A stretch of DNA of 59,858 bases from Pseudobdellovibrionaceae bacterium (GCA_030591685.1 JAUVAX010000013.1:1-59858); one strand, 5' to 3'; shown: positions 1 to 9,382, counted from the first letter of the stretch. Made by a program: numbers and translations. Notes: a model not told the origin generated them from the letters alone.

Positions 1-863
1 TCAACGACTGTACACAAGTTATAAGTGACCCAGACCATACCAACGCTAAAGGTGATTTTAACTAAAAACAGTAAAATAATAAGGGCTCGGCCCTCAATAC
101 TTAAAGGCTCGATACATAAAAACCAAAACCCTGTAGCGGCAATGAGCCCAACGGGGTGCTCAAAAGCAATGAGCATGTGATGCTTGAGAGAGTCGCTAGA
201 CCTGCTTGTTAAGCGCTTAAAGCTGCGCACAATAAACTCTACGATGGCCTTTAAGACAAAGCCAAGGAGCAGACTGGCAAAAATACCGAGCCATTGCCAG
301 TTAGATAAGCCAATGGACTTATTTAAGGCCCAGTGAGGTAAATACCTTTTCCAAAGAGCGGGTTTGTAAAGAGCCCCGTTGCCGCTGCCTTTTAAGTAAG
401 GCTTTTGTTGGACCCCTTCATAAAAGTCTTTAGCTCGAGCAACAGTCTCGGGGGAGATTTTATAAGGCGCATTCGGAGAGGTGCCCTTGGTGTCAACAAG
501 ACTAACGACAAGCTCAGTACCCTTGAGGCGCCAGTATTCTTCTTTGGGGTTATTGGGTATTTTATCGTAATCAATAACTATTACCCGATCAATAAACTCC
601 TTTAAGAAAACAGCACTTTCTTTGCCCACTTCGGTTCGTACAATTGAGGAGAGACGGGATAAATTTAAACACCTGATGGCGTCGTGAATTCGGCTTTGCA
701 GCCCTGAATTTTTTGTCTCAACACCCTTTCGGTAATCCTGCATAGCAGAGAGAAAAGACCTCATGGTTGCCCGAGGGTTGTCGAGTTTTACCTCAGTAAA
801 AGGCGCATTGGCGAGCGTAGTCACAGAAAGCAAACATAGAGCTATTGAGATTAAAAGTTTCAT
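1..863 (-). CDS. MscS-family mechanosensitive channel with large periplasmic N-terminal region (runs off window edge)
   Basis: Not in the ORF track because it is open-ended. Hand translation from ATG 863 (AGGAG RBS upstream): signal peptide MKLLISIALCLLSVTTLANA, then 'DNPRATMRSFLSAM', 'WQWLGIFASLLLGFV' and further TM helices, typical of the N-terminus of long MscS proteins. The MscS core itself would lie outside the window. Confidence 0.7.
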   Translation of the reverse strand, partial: MKLLISIALCLLSVTTLANAPFTEVKLDNPRATMRSFLSAMQDYRKGVETKNSGLQSRIHDAIRCLNLSRLSSIVRTEVGKESAVFLKEFIDRVIVIDYDKIPNNPKEEYWRLKGTELVVSLVDTKGTSPNAPYKISPETVARAKDFYEGVQQKPYLKGSGNGALYKPALWKRYLPHWALNKSIGLSNWQWLGIFASLLLGFVLKAIVEFIVRSFKRLTSRSSDSLKHHMLIAFEHPVGLIAATGFWFLCIEPLSIEGRALIILLFLVKITFSVGMVWVTYNLCTVV

Positions 864-1570
864 TGTGGTCTCCTGCCGTTATAATAAACAGCCTCTATTA
901 TATGGTAATTATTGGGGTGTAATTCCCATAAAAAATAGACCTTTTTTTTGACAAAGTCAAAATCATCATGTGTTAAGTGGTCCACAAACTCTATTTTTTG
1001 AGTTTTTGAGTATAAAACAAGATCATTTTTTAATAAATCAAATGAATTATAGGTTTTATTTAACGTTGAGTTTAGTTTAAATGTTGATTTGAACGAGTAG
1101 ATGTCGTGATAACTTATAAATTCAAAACCTTTAATTAAGTTTAAAAAATTGACCTTCCAAGAGTTATAGAGTCTCTCGCTTTTAAAAAGACACCTCATTT
1201 GGCCATAGATATTTGAAAGTAAAATTATATGAGAGGGTTTAAATTGATTTAATATTTGAAAATTTGAAGATTGGTCGTTTACAAGGCAGTCCCTTGAGTG
1301 CCATTTTATATTAATAGGTGAGTGTCGACTATTAAAAATAATTTTAGCTAACAGGTCTGGATCGAAGGCCTCTATTTTGTTAAGTTTTGTAATAAATTTT
1401 TGAGGCAGGCAATAGCCTCCACTGGGTCCAATGAGTACTAACTTATTAGAGTCTGTTGAAAGGCCATTAATAAATCGAGAGAGGCTTGATTTAAAGGGGT
1501 TCCATAAATGATTTCGATGCTTTAGGGCTAAGTAGTGATATAAAACTCCACCAGTTAAATTACGTATCAA
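860..1570 (-). CDS. hypothetical protein, possible Rossmann/SAM-MTase-like fold
   Basis: 236-aa ORF; LVLIGPSGG followed by an acidic 'AFDPD'; its stop overlaps the next ATG (ATGA). Confidence 0.55.
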   Translation of the reverse strand: MIRNLTGGVLYHYLALKHRNHLWNPFKSSLSRFINGLSTDSNKLVLIGPSGGYCLPQKFITKLNKIEAFDPDLLAKIIFNSRHSPINIKWHSRDCLVNDQSSNFQILNQFKPSHIILLSNIYGQMRCLFKSERLYNSWKVNFLNLIKGFEFISYHDIYSFKSTFKLNSTLNKTYNSFDLLKNDLVLYSKTQKIEFVDHLTHDDFDFVKKKVYFLWELHPNNYHIIEAVYYNGRRPQ

Positions 1571-1774
1571 AGGCCCTCGCTAGCATAAAGGGGCTGATGG
1601 TCTAGTTGTGTACGGCTCATACGTTTAATCTTACTATATAAGATTAACTGTAACCTAAACTTTTAAGCGTTTAAGACTCGACTATGGTTTAGATTAAGAG
1701 TGTTCAATTTAAAAACATTAAGAGTCTTTAGCCAGAGGGCCGAAGTATTATTTGAATTTAAAGGGGAAAAATTA

Positions 1775-3787
1775 ATGAGATGGTTCGAGAGTTATACAAA
1801 AGCGTCATTAAAGGTAAAGATCTCTGCAATGACTGCGACAATGTTATTAGTATATACGTTGGTGTCGGTGATGTACGTGTCAAACCTCTATACAAGGCAA
1901 AAAGATTCAACGGCAAAAAGTGTCGAGAGCTATGCGCTGAATACATCTTCAGGGATTGGTCAGGAATTTAAAGGGCTTTATTGGGGTGCACAGAACATTG
2001 CTTTAAATAGAATATTTGAAGATAAAACTAATGTTGCTGATATTGAGGGCTTTTTAAGTGCAATGGTAGAGCAGAAATCCTCTTACGAGCTCATTGTTTT
2101 TATTGATGCTAATGGTAAATTTGTAGCTTCAAACAGTAATAGCTATGAAGGGACAAAAGTTAACAGGGAAGTGTTAAGGGCTAAAAACTTTTCTACACTG
2201 GCTTGGTTTAATAGAGCTTTAAAAGAAGAATATACTGACGAAGAAGATTTAGGCCTTATGGGGACCTATGTTGAGGACTTTCATAGAGACTCTCTAGTCT
2301 CTGAAGTCATGGGTAAGGAGTCTTATCTGTCAGGGTTTTCAGCAGCTGTTAAAAATAAAAGTGGACAAATCATAGGGGTGCTGAGTGTCAGGACTAATAT
2401 GGACTGGGTTAAAGAGAGATTTGAAGATCTATACACCTCTATGTCTAAAGAGGGGATTTTCAAGACAGAGGCCTATTTTGTGAATAAAAAAGGTAAGTCG
2501 ATGTTTCATCATAGTCCATACGAAAAGCTAAACACCGGTTTTTTAACAACAGATCTTTTAGCAATGGGTGTTGGTGGAGTTAAAGAGGCTGTTGTAGATG
2601 CAAACTCGGGCTTTGGCTCAGGCATAAAGGCCTTTGTAGATAAAGCGCCATCGTTTGTTGGGTATACGAACCTTTCGTTTGATACAATGAGCATGTTGGG
2701 CTGGGGGATTGTAGTTAACGTTGAGGAGAATCAACTAATAGGTGCTCTTTCAAATCAAGTCGGTATCTTTTATGCTCTTGTTGTTTTAATGTGTGGAGCG
2801 TTTTTACTAACGGCCTTAAAACTAACAACAAGGGAGTCAGACAAGCTAGTTCTCACAACTGAAGCCTTGAAGGCGCGATCTAACTCATCAGTCATTACGA
2901 GTGGAAACTTAAATAAAGTATCTTCAGAGTTATCAGATGCTGCTCGGTTACAGCAAGAGGCGGTACAAGAAACAATGGCCGCCCTTGATCAAATGATGTC
3001 CATGCTCTCTAATACAAATAAATATGTTGAAGAGTCACTCTCTGCAGCTGACGGAGTGAATAAGAGGACTCAAGAGGGTAATAAAATTATGATTAAAATG
3101 GAAGACTCTATGCAGTCGATCCAAAATTCAAATGCAGATTTGGAGAAAATATCTAAAATCATCCAAACCATTTCTGAAAAAACAAATGTAATTAATGAAA
3201 TTGTGTTTAACACGAAGCTTTTAGCATTTAACGCATCCATTGAGGCGGCAAGGGCAGGAGTTCATGGTAAAGGGTTTGCCGTTGTTGCCGAAGAGGTTGG
3301 TGGATTGGCCCAGTTATCAGGAGAAGCCGCTCAGGAGATTGATAACCTTATTAAAGAGTCAAAATCTCAGGTGACCTTAGTGGTGAGTGATATAAGAGAG
3401 CGAATCACACAAGGGGACAAGGTTGCAGGAAGTGCTCAGGAGAAATTTCAAGAAATTTCAGTGGGCTTAGGTCAAATGACTCAAAAGGTACGTGATATTT
3501 TAGGTGCAACAGCTGAGCAGGAGTCTGGAATTAAAAAAGTGAATGAGGCCATGAGAAATATTGATGACCTTACTCATAGGAACCTAGCTTTAGCACATGA
3601 CTCAGATTCACTGTCAAAATCTGTTAATGAAGAAGCCTTTAAACTTGAAGCTATCATGGAGCAAGTAAGAAAACTTCTCTTAGGATCAAGCGGCCTCGAA
3701 AATTTAGCCCGAAAAGCTATGGGTAAAAATGATCAAATGCGGCCGAGGAAAACTAATCGCAAGAAAACCTTTCCAAGGGCATCGTGA
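1775..3787 (+). CDS. methyl-accepting chemotaxis protein with periplasmic Cache-like sensor
   Basis: Two TM segments and the MCP signalling hairpin 'TKLLAFNASIEAARAGVHGKGFAVVAEEV'; ATG 1775 preceded by AAGGGG. Confidence 0.93.
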   Translation: MRWFESYTKASLKVKISAMTATMLLVYTLVSVMYVSNLYTRQKDSTAKSVESYALNTSSGIGQEFKGLYWGAQNIALNRIFEDKTNVADIEGFLSAMVEQKSSYELIVFIDANGKFVASNSNSYEGTKVNREVLRAKNFSTLAWFNRALKEEYTDEEDLGLMGTYVEDFHRDSLVSEVMGKESYLSGFSAAVKNKSGQIIGVLSVRTNMDWVKERFEDLYTSMSKEGIFKTEAYFVNKKGKSMFHHSPYEKLNTGFLTTDLLAMGVGGVKEAVVDANSGFGSGIKAFVDKAPSFVGYTNLSFDTMSMLGWGIVVNVEENQLIGALSNQVGIFYALVVLMCGAFLLTALKLTTRESDKLVLTTEALKARSNSSVITSGNLNKVSSELSDAARLQQEAVQETMAALDQMMSMLSNTNKYVEESLSAADGVNKRTQEGNKIMIKMEDSMQSIQNSNADLEKISKIIQTISEKTNVINEIVFNTKLLAFNASIEAARAGVHGKGFAVVAEEVGGLAQLSGEAAQEIDNLIKESKSQVTLVVSDIRERITQGDKVAGSAQEKFQEISVGLGQMTQKVRDILGATAEQESGIKKVNEAMRNIDDLTHRNLALAHDSDSLSKSVNEEAFKLEAIMEQVRKLLLGSSGLENLARKAMGKNDQMRPRKTNRKKTFPRAS

Positions 3788-3790
3788 TCA

Positions 3791-4996
3791 GTGAAGTATA
3801 GAGTAAAGTTTGTATCTCCAATAGAGGAAGTAGTGAAAGAGGTTGATAAGACCTCTTTCTCTGTTGGTAGGGGGCAGGCTTCTGATTTAGTGTTTTTGCA
3901 CCATGAGTTGAGTCGAAAACATTTTTCAATAGATGTTCGAGATAATAAAATATTTATTACTGACCTGCAGTCCTCAAACGGTACTTTTATAAAATCTAAG
4001 CAAATAGAGCCAGGAGTACCAACAGAGCTGCAAGAGGGAGACTCAATAGGTTTTGGTGGACCTATTGATTTTTATTTTGAAGTTTCTATTTTAGAGTTAA
4101 AATCGGGAATTAAGGACTCAAGCACCGAGACGCAGGCCGAACCCCGTGTTTCAGCCACAACGAGTCAAAACTCTGAGGAGGCAGCATCAGAGCCTGAAGT
4201 TGAAATCAAGGCCCCAGATGCCCCAGAGGAAAGCATAAGGTCACACGTTTTGTCGAACGCACCGGAACAATGTGGCCCTCAAGTTAATTTGAATGATGAA
4301 AAAAATGATATCGTACTCCAGGAAGTTCAAGAAAGAATAGAAAAAGCGAAGTACGAACTATCAACAGTTATTGAAGCAAAATCAAAACTTGAGGTTGAGG
4401 GCCTGAGCCTTGAAGAAAATTTGAATTTGGAAAATGATAAGTTAGGTTTGGTCAAAAAGAACCTCTCAGAGCAACTAAAAGAACAGGACGAAATAAAGGC
4501 AAGACTGCATGGTCTGCGCGACGAGGAGCAAGGTCTCTCTCGTGAGGTGGCAGCTTTAAGAAAGCAAAAAATAAATATATCTGAAGAGCTTAAGCAACTG
4601 TCCATAGATCAAACGGAGAGCAAAAAAATTGAAGAGGGAATGTTGGCCGAGATTAACTCTTTAAAGAGCATCAGAGGCTCTATCCAAAATGAAATTGATG
4701 ATGCTCATGCCGAACAAGGCACAATAGAGATGGAAATTAAAAATTTGAAAAGCCAGGCATCAATAAGTAAATTGCCATTAAACACTGAAGCCAACGAGTC
4801 TCCGTTGCAGGAGGCGAGTACGGCGCCACACATAAATCCCACGCCAGTGAATAATGATGAGTATCTTGTTTCAGAGGAGTTAGAGTATAAATTGTCGAAA
4901 TTGGCAAAAGTCGAAGAGTCTATAGAGGACATGTTAAGACTTTTAGAGGTGCTTGAACAAGAAATTAACGATCAAGAGAGACGAAAAGCCTCATAA
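3791..4996 (+). CDS. FHA-domain protein with long coiled coil
   Basis: FHA motifs VGR, LSRKH and DLQSSNGTF; acidic linker; heptad-rich C-terminal half. Confidence 0.85.
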   Translation: MKYRVKFVSPIEEVVKEVDKTSFSVGRGQASDLVFLHHELSRKHFSIDVRDNKIFITDLQSSNGTFIKSKQIEPGVPTELQEGDSIGFGGPIDFYFEVSILELKSGIKDSSTETQAEPRVSATTSQNSEEAASEPEVEIKAPDAPEESIRSHVLSNAPEQCGPQVNLNDEKNDIVLQEVQERIEKAKYELSTVIEAKSKLEVEGLSLEENLNLENDKLGLVKKNLSEQLKEQDEIKARLHGLRDEEQGLSREVAALRKQKINISEELKQLSIDQTESKKIEEGMLAEINSLKSIRGSIQNEIDDAHAEQGTIEMEIKNLKSQASISKLPLNTEANESPLQEASTAPHINPTPVNNDEYLVSEELEYKLSKLAKVEESIEDMLRLLEVLEQEINDQERRKAS

Positions 4997-5018
4997 CTGG
5001 GGCCCCCGGGATAAATTT

Positions 5019-5555
5019 TTACCTATTTGTAAGTTGGCTACGATCGAGCATTTGAGCATCTGACTTGGTGGTGTCAATTTTTAGGATCACGTTTCGAGCT
5101 TTCTCAACGCCTTGGGCTCTAATTCGAAGAGGCAACTGAACAACAGCAATGGGCAGCAGAAGATCAAGTTGAAATGACCCGTCAAGACTGTTTTTAATTA
5201 AAAACTTACCAGCAAACTGTTCATTTACTTTTAAAAAAGCCTTTCTGGTTTTATAAAATTTTACTCGGCTACCGCTGTAAATCACTGGGAATTTCTTTTT
5301 TGTGATACTAATAACAGCTTGCTTGTCGACATACCCTTTTATTCGTACTACTTTTTTATGATTGTTTTTACTGGGCACAGTCTCAGGAGCATACCATTCA
5401 ATTACAAATTCTTCTTCCTCTTCAGGAGCACTTGATGGTCCGGCGGCTTTATGCTCGTGAGGAATAACATGGGCAATGAGTTTGCTATGTGCGTAGGTGA
5501 GTGGTGCACTTAATAGAGATAATATCATGAGAAGTCTTAAATGGTTATTTTTCAT
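5019..5555 (-). CDS. secreted hypothetical protein
   Basis: Signal peptide ending in TYA; 178 aa. Confidence 0.6.
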   Translation of the reverse strand: MKNNHLRLLMILSLLSAPLTYAHSKLIAHVIPHEHKAAGPSSAPEEEEEFVIEWYAPETVPSKNNHKKVVRIKGYVDKQAVISITKKKFPVIYSGSRVKFYKTRKAFLKVNEQFAGKFLIKNSLDGSFQLDLLLPIAVVQLPLRIRAQGVEKARNVILKIDTTKSDAQMLDRSQLTNR

Positions 5556-5811
5556 AAGTACCTGACCAACGTTGAGTTAAGTTAATTGAACCTTTATTTA
5601 TTATATTAACTTAACTCTGTAAAATTAAAAGCAACTATTGTAATTGCAGTGTAAAATAACTTTTATCTAGACGTTAGCAGTGTGATTTAATACAGTGGTT
5701 AAACTGTTGTATAAATTTATTACAAGAGGTGTAACGAGGTTTTTTGTGAACCAAAGATGATAAAGGTTAAAGGCGGCATAGTGCCTAAAAAATAAAGGAG
5801 ATTTATCTATA

Positions 5812-6714
5812 ATGGATCCACTACTTGAAACCTATTTAAAAAAAGCAGAACGTTACTTGGGTCAGATATCCATTAGTGATCGAGTCGTAATCCTTTCTGA
5901 AATAAGGAGCCAAATTATAGGGTCTCAGAGCGAAACTCCGGAGTTGAGCCTTAAGAGCGTGTTGCTATCATTAGGGACCCCTGAGGCTTTAGCAAAACGA
6001 TGTTTGTTCGAGAGGGGGCTTAAGCCCGGCAAGCCTGTAGGAAGGCTTACTTTAAAGCGGGTTGCTATTTTTGTTGTAGGGTTTTTTGCTATTTTATTTA
6101 TGGCTATATCTATTTTAATTTCGAAAGTGACCCCTCTAATTTCAATAGATAATGAGAAGGAGAGGGTTTACTTACTTGGAGGCCTTATTGATATTGCTGC
6201 GGGGCCAGATAGTTTTAACATTGACCCTCAAGGGGCTGTGCTTGCGATATCTAAGCAGGTGGGCTCGGGCGCTGTTGATGTTGAGGGGCGAACAATACAG
6301 GTGCTTTTTACAAGTGCGAATATTAAAATGAGCCCTTCTAGGGATAATATGTTTAGATGGAGGTGTGAGTTTAGCACTAACGGGGTTCTCCCTCCTATGC
6401 AGGGTAGGGTTGAAAATAATGCTTACCTTATGGACTGGTCCGAGTTTAAAAACATGACCTGTAAAATTGAAGTTCCCGAAAGTAAAATTGCACTAAAGGG
6501 GGTTAGTGGAAATTTAAGAATAAGCAGTCCTCAAGAAGAAATATCTATTCATTTAAAAAATGGTCATATCAAAATAGCTCCGGACCCAGAAAAAAACTAC
6601 ATTTATAACCTAAGTATGGGAAGGGGGTTTGTTGATAAATTCACATCTTCAAAAGAGTCATCAGTTATAGAGATAAGTGTAACAATGGAAAACGGAACTA
6701 TTCTTAGGGACTAA
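5812..6714 (+). CDS. membrane protein, DUF1700/HAAS-like N-terminus, single TM, beta-rich (DUF4097-like) C-terminus
   Basis: 'YLKKAERYL...ILSEIRSQI...LGTPEALA' pattern; TM helix; AAGGAG RBS. Confidence 0.65.
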   Translation: MDPLLETYLKKAERYLGQISISDRVVILSEIRSQIIGSQSETPELSLKSVLLSLGTPEALAKRCLFERGLKPGKPVGRLTLKRVAIFVVGFFAILFMAISILISKVTPLISIDNEKERVYLLGGLIDIAAGPDSFNIDPQGAVLAISKQVGSGAVDVEGRTIQVLFTSANIKMSPSRDNMFRWRCEFSTNGVLPPMQGRVENNAYLMDWSEFKNMTCKIEVPESKIALKGVSGNLRISSPQEEISIHLKNGHIKIAPDPEKNYIYNLSMGRGFVDKFTSSKESSVIEISVTMENGTILRD

Positions 6715-6721
6715 ATAAAAA

Positions 6722-7462
6722 CTAACGAAAGAGTCCCTGACAAAGCAAAAAGTTGTTTTTTTGAACAATAATTTTAATTTTTTTGACAAATTGATCTAGA
6801 GACTCCCAGTTACTATTAAAAGTGCTCTTGAAATCGTTTGATATTCCGCTGCGAGTAGCTTGTGCTCTTGCCTGGGTACGGTTGTAGGATTTTTTAATTA
6901 CGTGTAATGTAAATAGTCCAACAAAAAGAGTCGAAAAATCTAGCCCGTGAGTGTACCCCAAATATATAGTGGGTATTAAAAGTAGTGTCCCCCCGAGATA
7001 TTTGCTTATGAAAAACGAAGTTCGCTGCGCTTTCAAGCTCTGTGAAATTACTTTTTCTATGGATGATTCATATGTGAACTGGTCAGTCCTTTGAGCTTTT
7101 TCAATCTCTTGAGAAAGCCAGTTAAGCTCATTGAGTGAGATTTGGTTGTTTGCTACATCCGTGCGGTTTTTGAGATTTACTATTTTTTTTAAAAGCTCCT
7201 CAGTGAGCTCGTCCTTAGAGCGGTGACTGAACATTAGTAGTCCGTAACTGTCGGAGATTAATTTTTGCCTTAAGCCGTATTCATTCCAGTCTAACAAATT
7301 AAAACTTTGCTCAATAACGGCAATTGTTTGAGTGGTGACTATTCGTTGCTCTTGATCTGAGCTCAATAGAGGGGCTGGTATGCTTGTTACCGAGAACAAT
7401 AAAGCTAGGCTCAGTAAAGCTACGCGCTGTAGTAGGTTTGGCATGATTCGAGAGCTTTTCAT
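6722..7462 (-). CDS. hypothetical exported/membrane protein
   Basis: Signal peptide and two C-terminal hydrophobic helices. Confidence 0.6.
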   Translation of the reverse strand: MKSSRIMPNLLQRVALLSLALLFSVTSIPAPLLSSDQEQRIVTTQTIAVIEQSFNLLDWNEYGLRQKLISDSYGLLMFSHRSKDELTEELLKKIVNLKNRTDVANNQISLNELNWLSQEIEKAQRTDQFTYESSIEKVISQSLKAQRTSFFISKYLGGTLLLIPTIYLGYTHGLDFSTLFVGLFTLHVIKKSYNRTQARAQATRSGISNDFKSTFNSNWESLDQFVKKIKIIVQKNNFLLCQGLFR

Positions 7463-7474
7463 GATACTTTTTTA

Positions 7475-7490
7475 TGCAACAATTGGGCCG
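7475..7490 (-). promoter_or_regulatory. putative sigma-54 promoter
   Basis: Minus strand CGGCCCAATTGTTGCA matches GG-N10-GC with TTGCA at -12. Confidence 0.45.
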
Positions 7491-7628
7491 AGCTAATGAA
7501 AGTGTACAATTATTAGACGCCCCCTTAAGCTCTCATACAGTAATAAGCCTGTACTCAAAAGTGCAAGGAGCACGCGGGGTATGATCGTTGCAAAAGATAC
7601 AGTATCACGCTCTCCGGGGGGACTAATT

Positions 7629-8567
7629 GTGAATAAATGGACAAGTATAAATAGTAATACTTTCAAGCTAGCATTTCTGCTCTTGTTAGCTATAGGCTTA
7701 GTGAGTTGCTCAAAAGGGGTTGATAAGTCCCTGATTGCGAAGAAATCAGTGGACCCTATCGGCGGCGAGACGACTGGCGGTGGCGAAACTACTGGTGGTG
7801 GCGAAACTACTGGTGGTGGCGAAACTACTGGTGGTGGCGAAACTACTGGTGGCAATGAGCCAGCACCTGCATTTACTTATACTTGTTCTAACAGTGTAAA
7901 CGGCTTACTTAATTCAAGTGCTTTTGATAATAGTGATAGTAATCGATTAAAGGCTTATTACATGATGTTTTTTGGACGATTTGCACTTTCTGAGGGCTTT
8001 AATTGGTGGCTCACTGATGGGGGCGGTCCGGGTCCTTTTGCAAACAACATTTATGGGCAAGCTAATAATCTCCTTAATGGCGAGGCATACGTTTTGGAGC
8101 CAGGAAGAGCAACAATGGACTTTTACTCAACCCTCTCCGGCGTGACATACATAAGCAATATATATCGGTATAACTGGGGGACGGAGCCCGATAGCGGTGG
8201 TCTCGATTATTGGCCGCAGTTTTTGACTAGTGCAGATAGTTCACAGAATTTAGAAATAATCCCAACTATGTATAATTCATTTTTGGCCTATAGTTGTTCA
8301 GAAAGTAACTCTTCTGAGTTAAACAAAACGCTGAGTATCAGGTATTTAACATACAAATACTCCATGCAATTATCTGATGACATACTAGGGACTGGTACCT
8401 TCTATGCCGGTAATAGCGATCGTTTGAGAGAACTCTACAGGGGTTTTGTTGCAACGATGAAAGATTCTTTACCTGCAGCAGCCAACTTTACTGAACTAGA
8501 GCAAATAGCTTTTGATATTTATCAGCAAAAAAGAAATGAAATCAATAATGACTGTAATTGTTTATAA
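7629..8567 (+). CDS. surface lipoprotein with GGETTG-repeat linker and DUF4214-like (S-layer-associated) motifs
   Basis: Lipobox LVS-C; 'YYMMFFGRFALSEGFNWW' and 'IYRYNWGTEPDSGGLDYW' resemble DUF4214 repeats; GTG 7629 follows a G-rich RBS. Confidence 0.65.
   Translation: MNKWTSINSNTFKLAFLLLLAIGLVSCSKGVDKSLIAKKSVDPIGGETTGGGETTGGGETTGGGETTGGGETTGGNEPAPAFTYTCSNSVNGLLNSSAFDNSDSNRLKAYYMMFFGRFALSEGFNWWLTDGGGPGPFANNIYGQANNLLNGEAYVLEPGRATMDFYSTLSGVTYISNIYRYNWGTEPDSGGLDYWPQFLTSADSSQNLEIIPTMYNSFLAYSCSESNSSELNKTLSIRYLTYKYSMQLSDDILGTGTFYAGNSDRLRELYRGFVATMKDSLPAAANFTELEQIAFDIYQQKRNEINNDCNCL
7761..7850 (+). repeat. 18-bp coding tandem repeat, 5 copies (GGETTG)
   Basis: ggtggcgaaactactggt repeated; the first copy is diverged at synonymous positions. 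Confidence 0.95.
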
Positions 8568-8577
8568 GTGCTTATCA

Positions 8578-8603
8578 GCAGAGGCTCGTTGAAGAGCCTC
8601 TGT
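8578..8603. terminator. hairpin between the convergent lipoprotein gene and tRNA
   Basis: CAGAGGCTC-gttgaa-GAGCCTCTG inverted repeat; no U-tract. Confidence 0.45.
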
Positions 8604-8669
8604 GCAGTGATTGAGCATGGTGGATAAAAGACCTTTAGAGCAGACTGATTTTCACTAAAAGTGGAAAAA

Positions 8670-8745
8670 TGGATGGGGTAGCAGGACTCGAACCTGCGAA
8701 TGCATGAATCAAAATCATGTGGCTTACCAACTTGCCGATACCCCA
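8670..8745 (-). tRNA. tRNA-Gln (anticodon UUG)
   Basis: Reverse complement TGGGGTATCGGCAAGTTGGTAAGCCACATGATTTTGATTCATGCATTCGCAGGTTCGAGTCCTGCTACCCCATCCA; 76 nt; anticodon arm CATGA-TT-TTG-AT-TCATG; GTTCGA T-loop; encoded CCA. Confidence 0.97.
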
Positions 8746-8764
8746 ACAGTTTAGCTAAGCCTTA

Positions 8765-8793
8765 TATTTAGGTAAACTTAGGGGATAAATCAA
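8765..8793 (-). promoter_or_regulatory. putative sigma-70 promoter for tRNA-Gln
   Basis: TTGATT-N17-TAAATA on the minus strand, about 20 nt upstream of the tRNA. Confidence 0.4.
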
Positions 8794-8836
8794 GTTTGAT
8801 CTTTAATAAATGAAAGTATTTAATGGCTTGCGTCGC

Positions 8837-9133
8837 TTAGCGCTCTTCTCGTTTAAGGTCATCCAGTGACTGCCCCATGGACTTAACCTGCGACTCAAAC
8901 TCCTCAAAAATGGCATCTTCCATTTGCTCCCGGGTCTCTTGGTTTAGAGGGTGGGCAATGTCTTTAAACTGGCCGTCTTTGCGCTTTTTACTGGGCATGG
9001 CTACAAATAAACCAGCATGACCTTTAATGATTTTTAAGTCCCTGACCACAAAACAGTCGTCAAGTGTGATGGTAACATAGGCTTTTAATCGCTCCTCATT
9101 TACGGGGAACACTTTTACTTCTGTGACCTTCAT
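8837..9133 (-). CDS. spoVG: SpoVG nucleic-acid-binding regulator
   Basis: LKAYVTITLDDCFVVRDLKII...GLFVAMPSKK...FKDIAHPLNQETR. Confidence 0.96.
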   Translation of the reverse strand: MKVTEVKVFPVNEERLKAYVTITLDDCFVVRDLKIIKGHAGLFVAMPSKKRKDGQFKDIAHPLNQETREQMEDAIFEEFESQVKSMGQSLDDLKREER

Positions 9134-9190
9134 GATGCCTCCTGGATGCTGCCTGGTTATTGCTCAACTCTATATACTGCGTAACGGCAT

Positions 9191-9221
9191 TTAAGACCAT
9201 GGTCTTAAGACTTTTGTCTTA
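9191..9221. promoter_or_regulatory. two overlapping TAAGAC-N4-GTCTTA palindromes (candidate operator)
   Basis: TTAAGACCATGGTCTTAA (9191-9208) overlaps TAAGACTTTTGTCTTA (9206-9221) upstream of spoVG. Confidence 0.45.
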
Positions 9222-9382
9222 GGAATGATAAGTAAAGGCAAAAACACAGCAGACTCTGCTCAGGCCTCTCAATTTTAGACATTTTTTCTTTTTTGAGTCA
9301 TCAAAAGAGTCTCACTTTTAAAAGGTAAGGCTAAAGCGATCACGTTGTCTGCGTCTTAATGAGATAAGCTCTTAGAGCGCTC

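Noticed and set aside
1719..1746. Possible sigma-28 promoter for the MCP (TAAG-N16-GCCGAAGT)
   Set aside because: Spacing and -10 box deviate from consensus; too weak to call
7761..7850. Possible CRISPR array
   Set aside because: Contiguous 18-bp coding repeats with no spacers and no cas genes
7493..7855. Minus-strand ORF with PPVVSP repeats
   Set aside because: Antisense shadow of the GGETTG repeat in the lipoprotein gene
8522..8746. 74-aa minus-strand ORF
   Set aside because: Overlaps the tRNA-Gln gene; spurious
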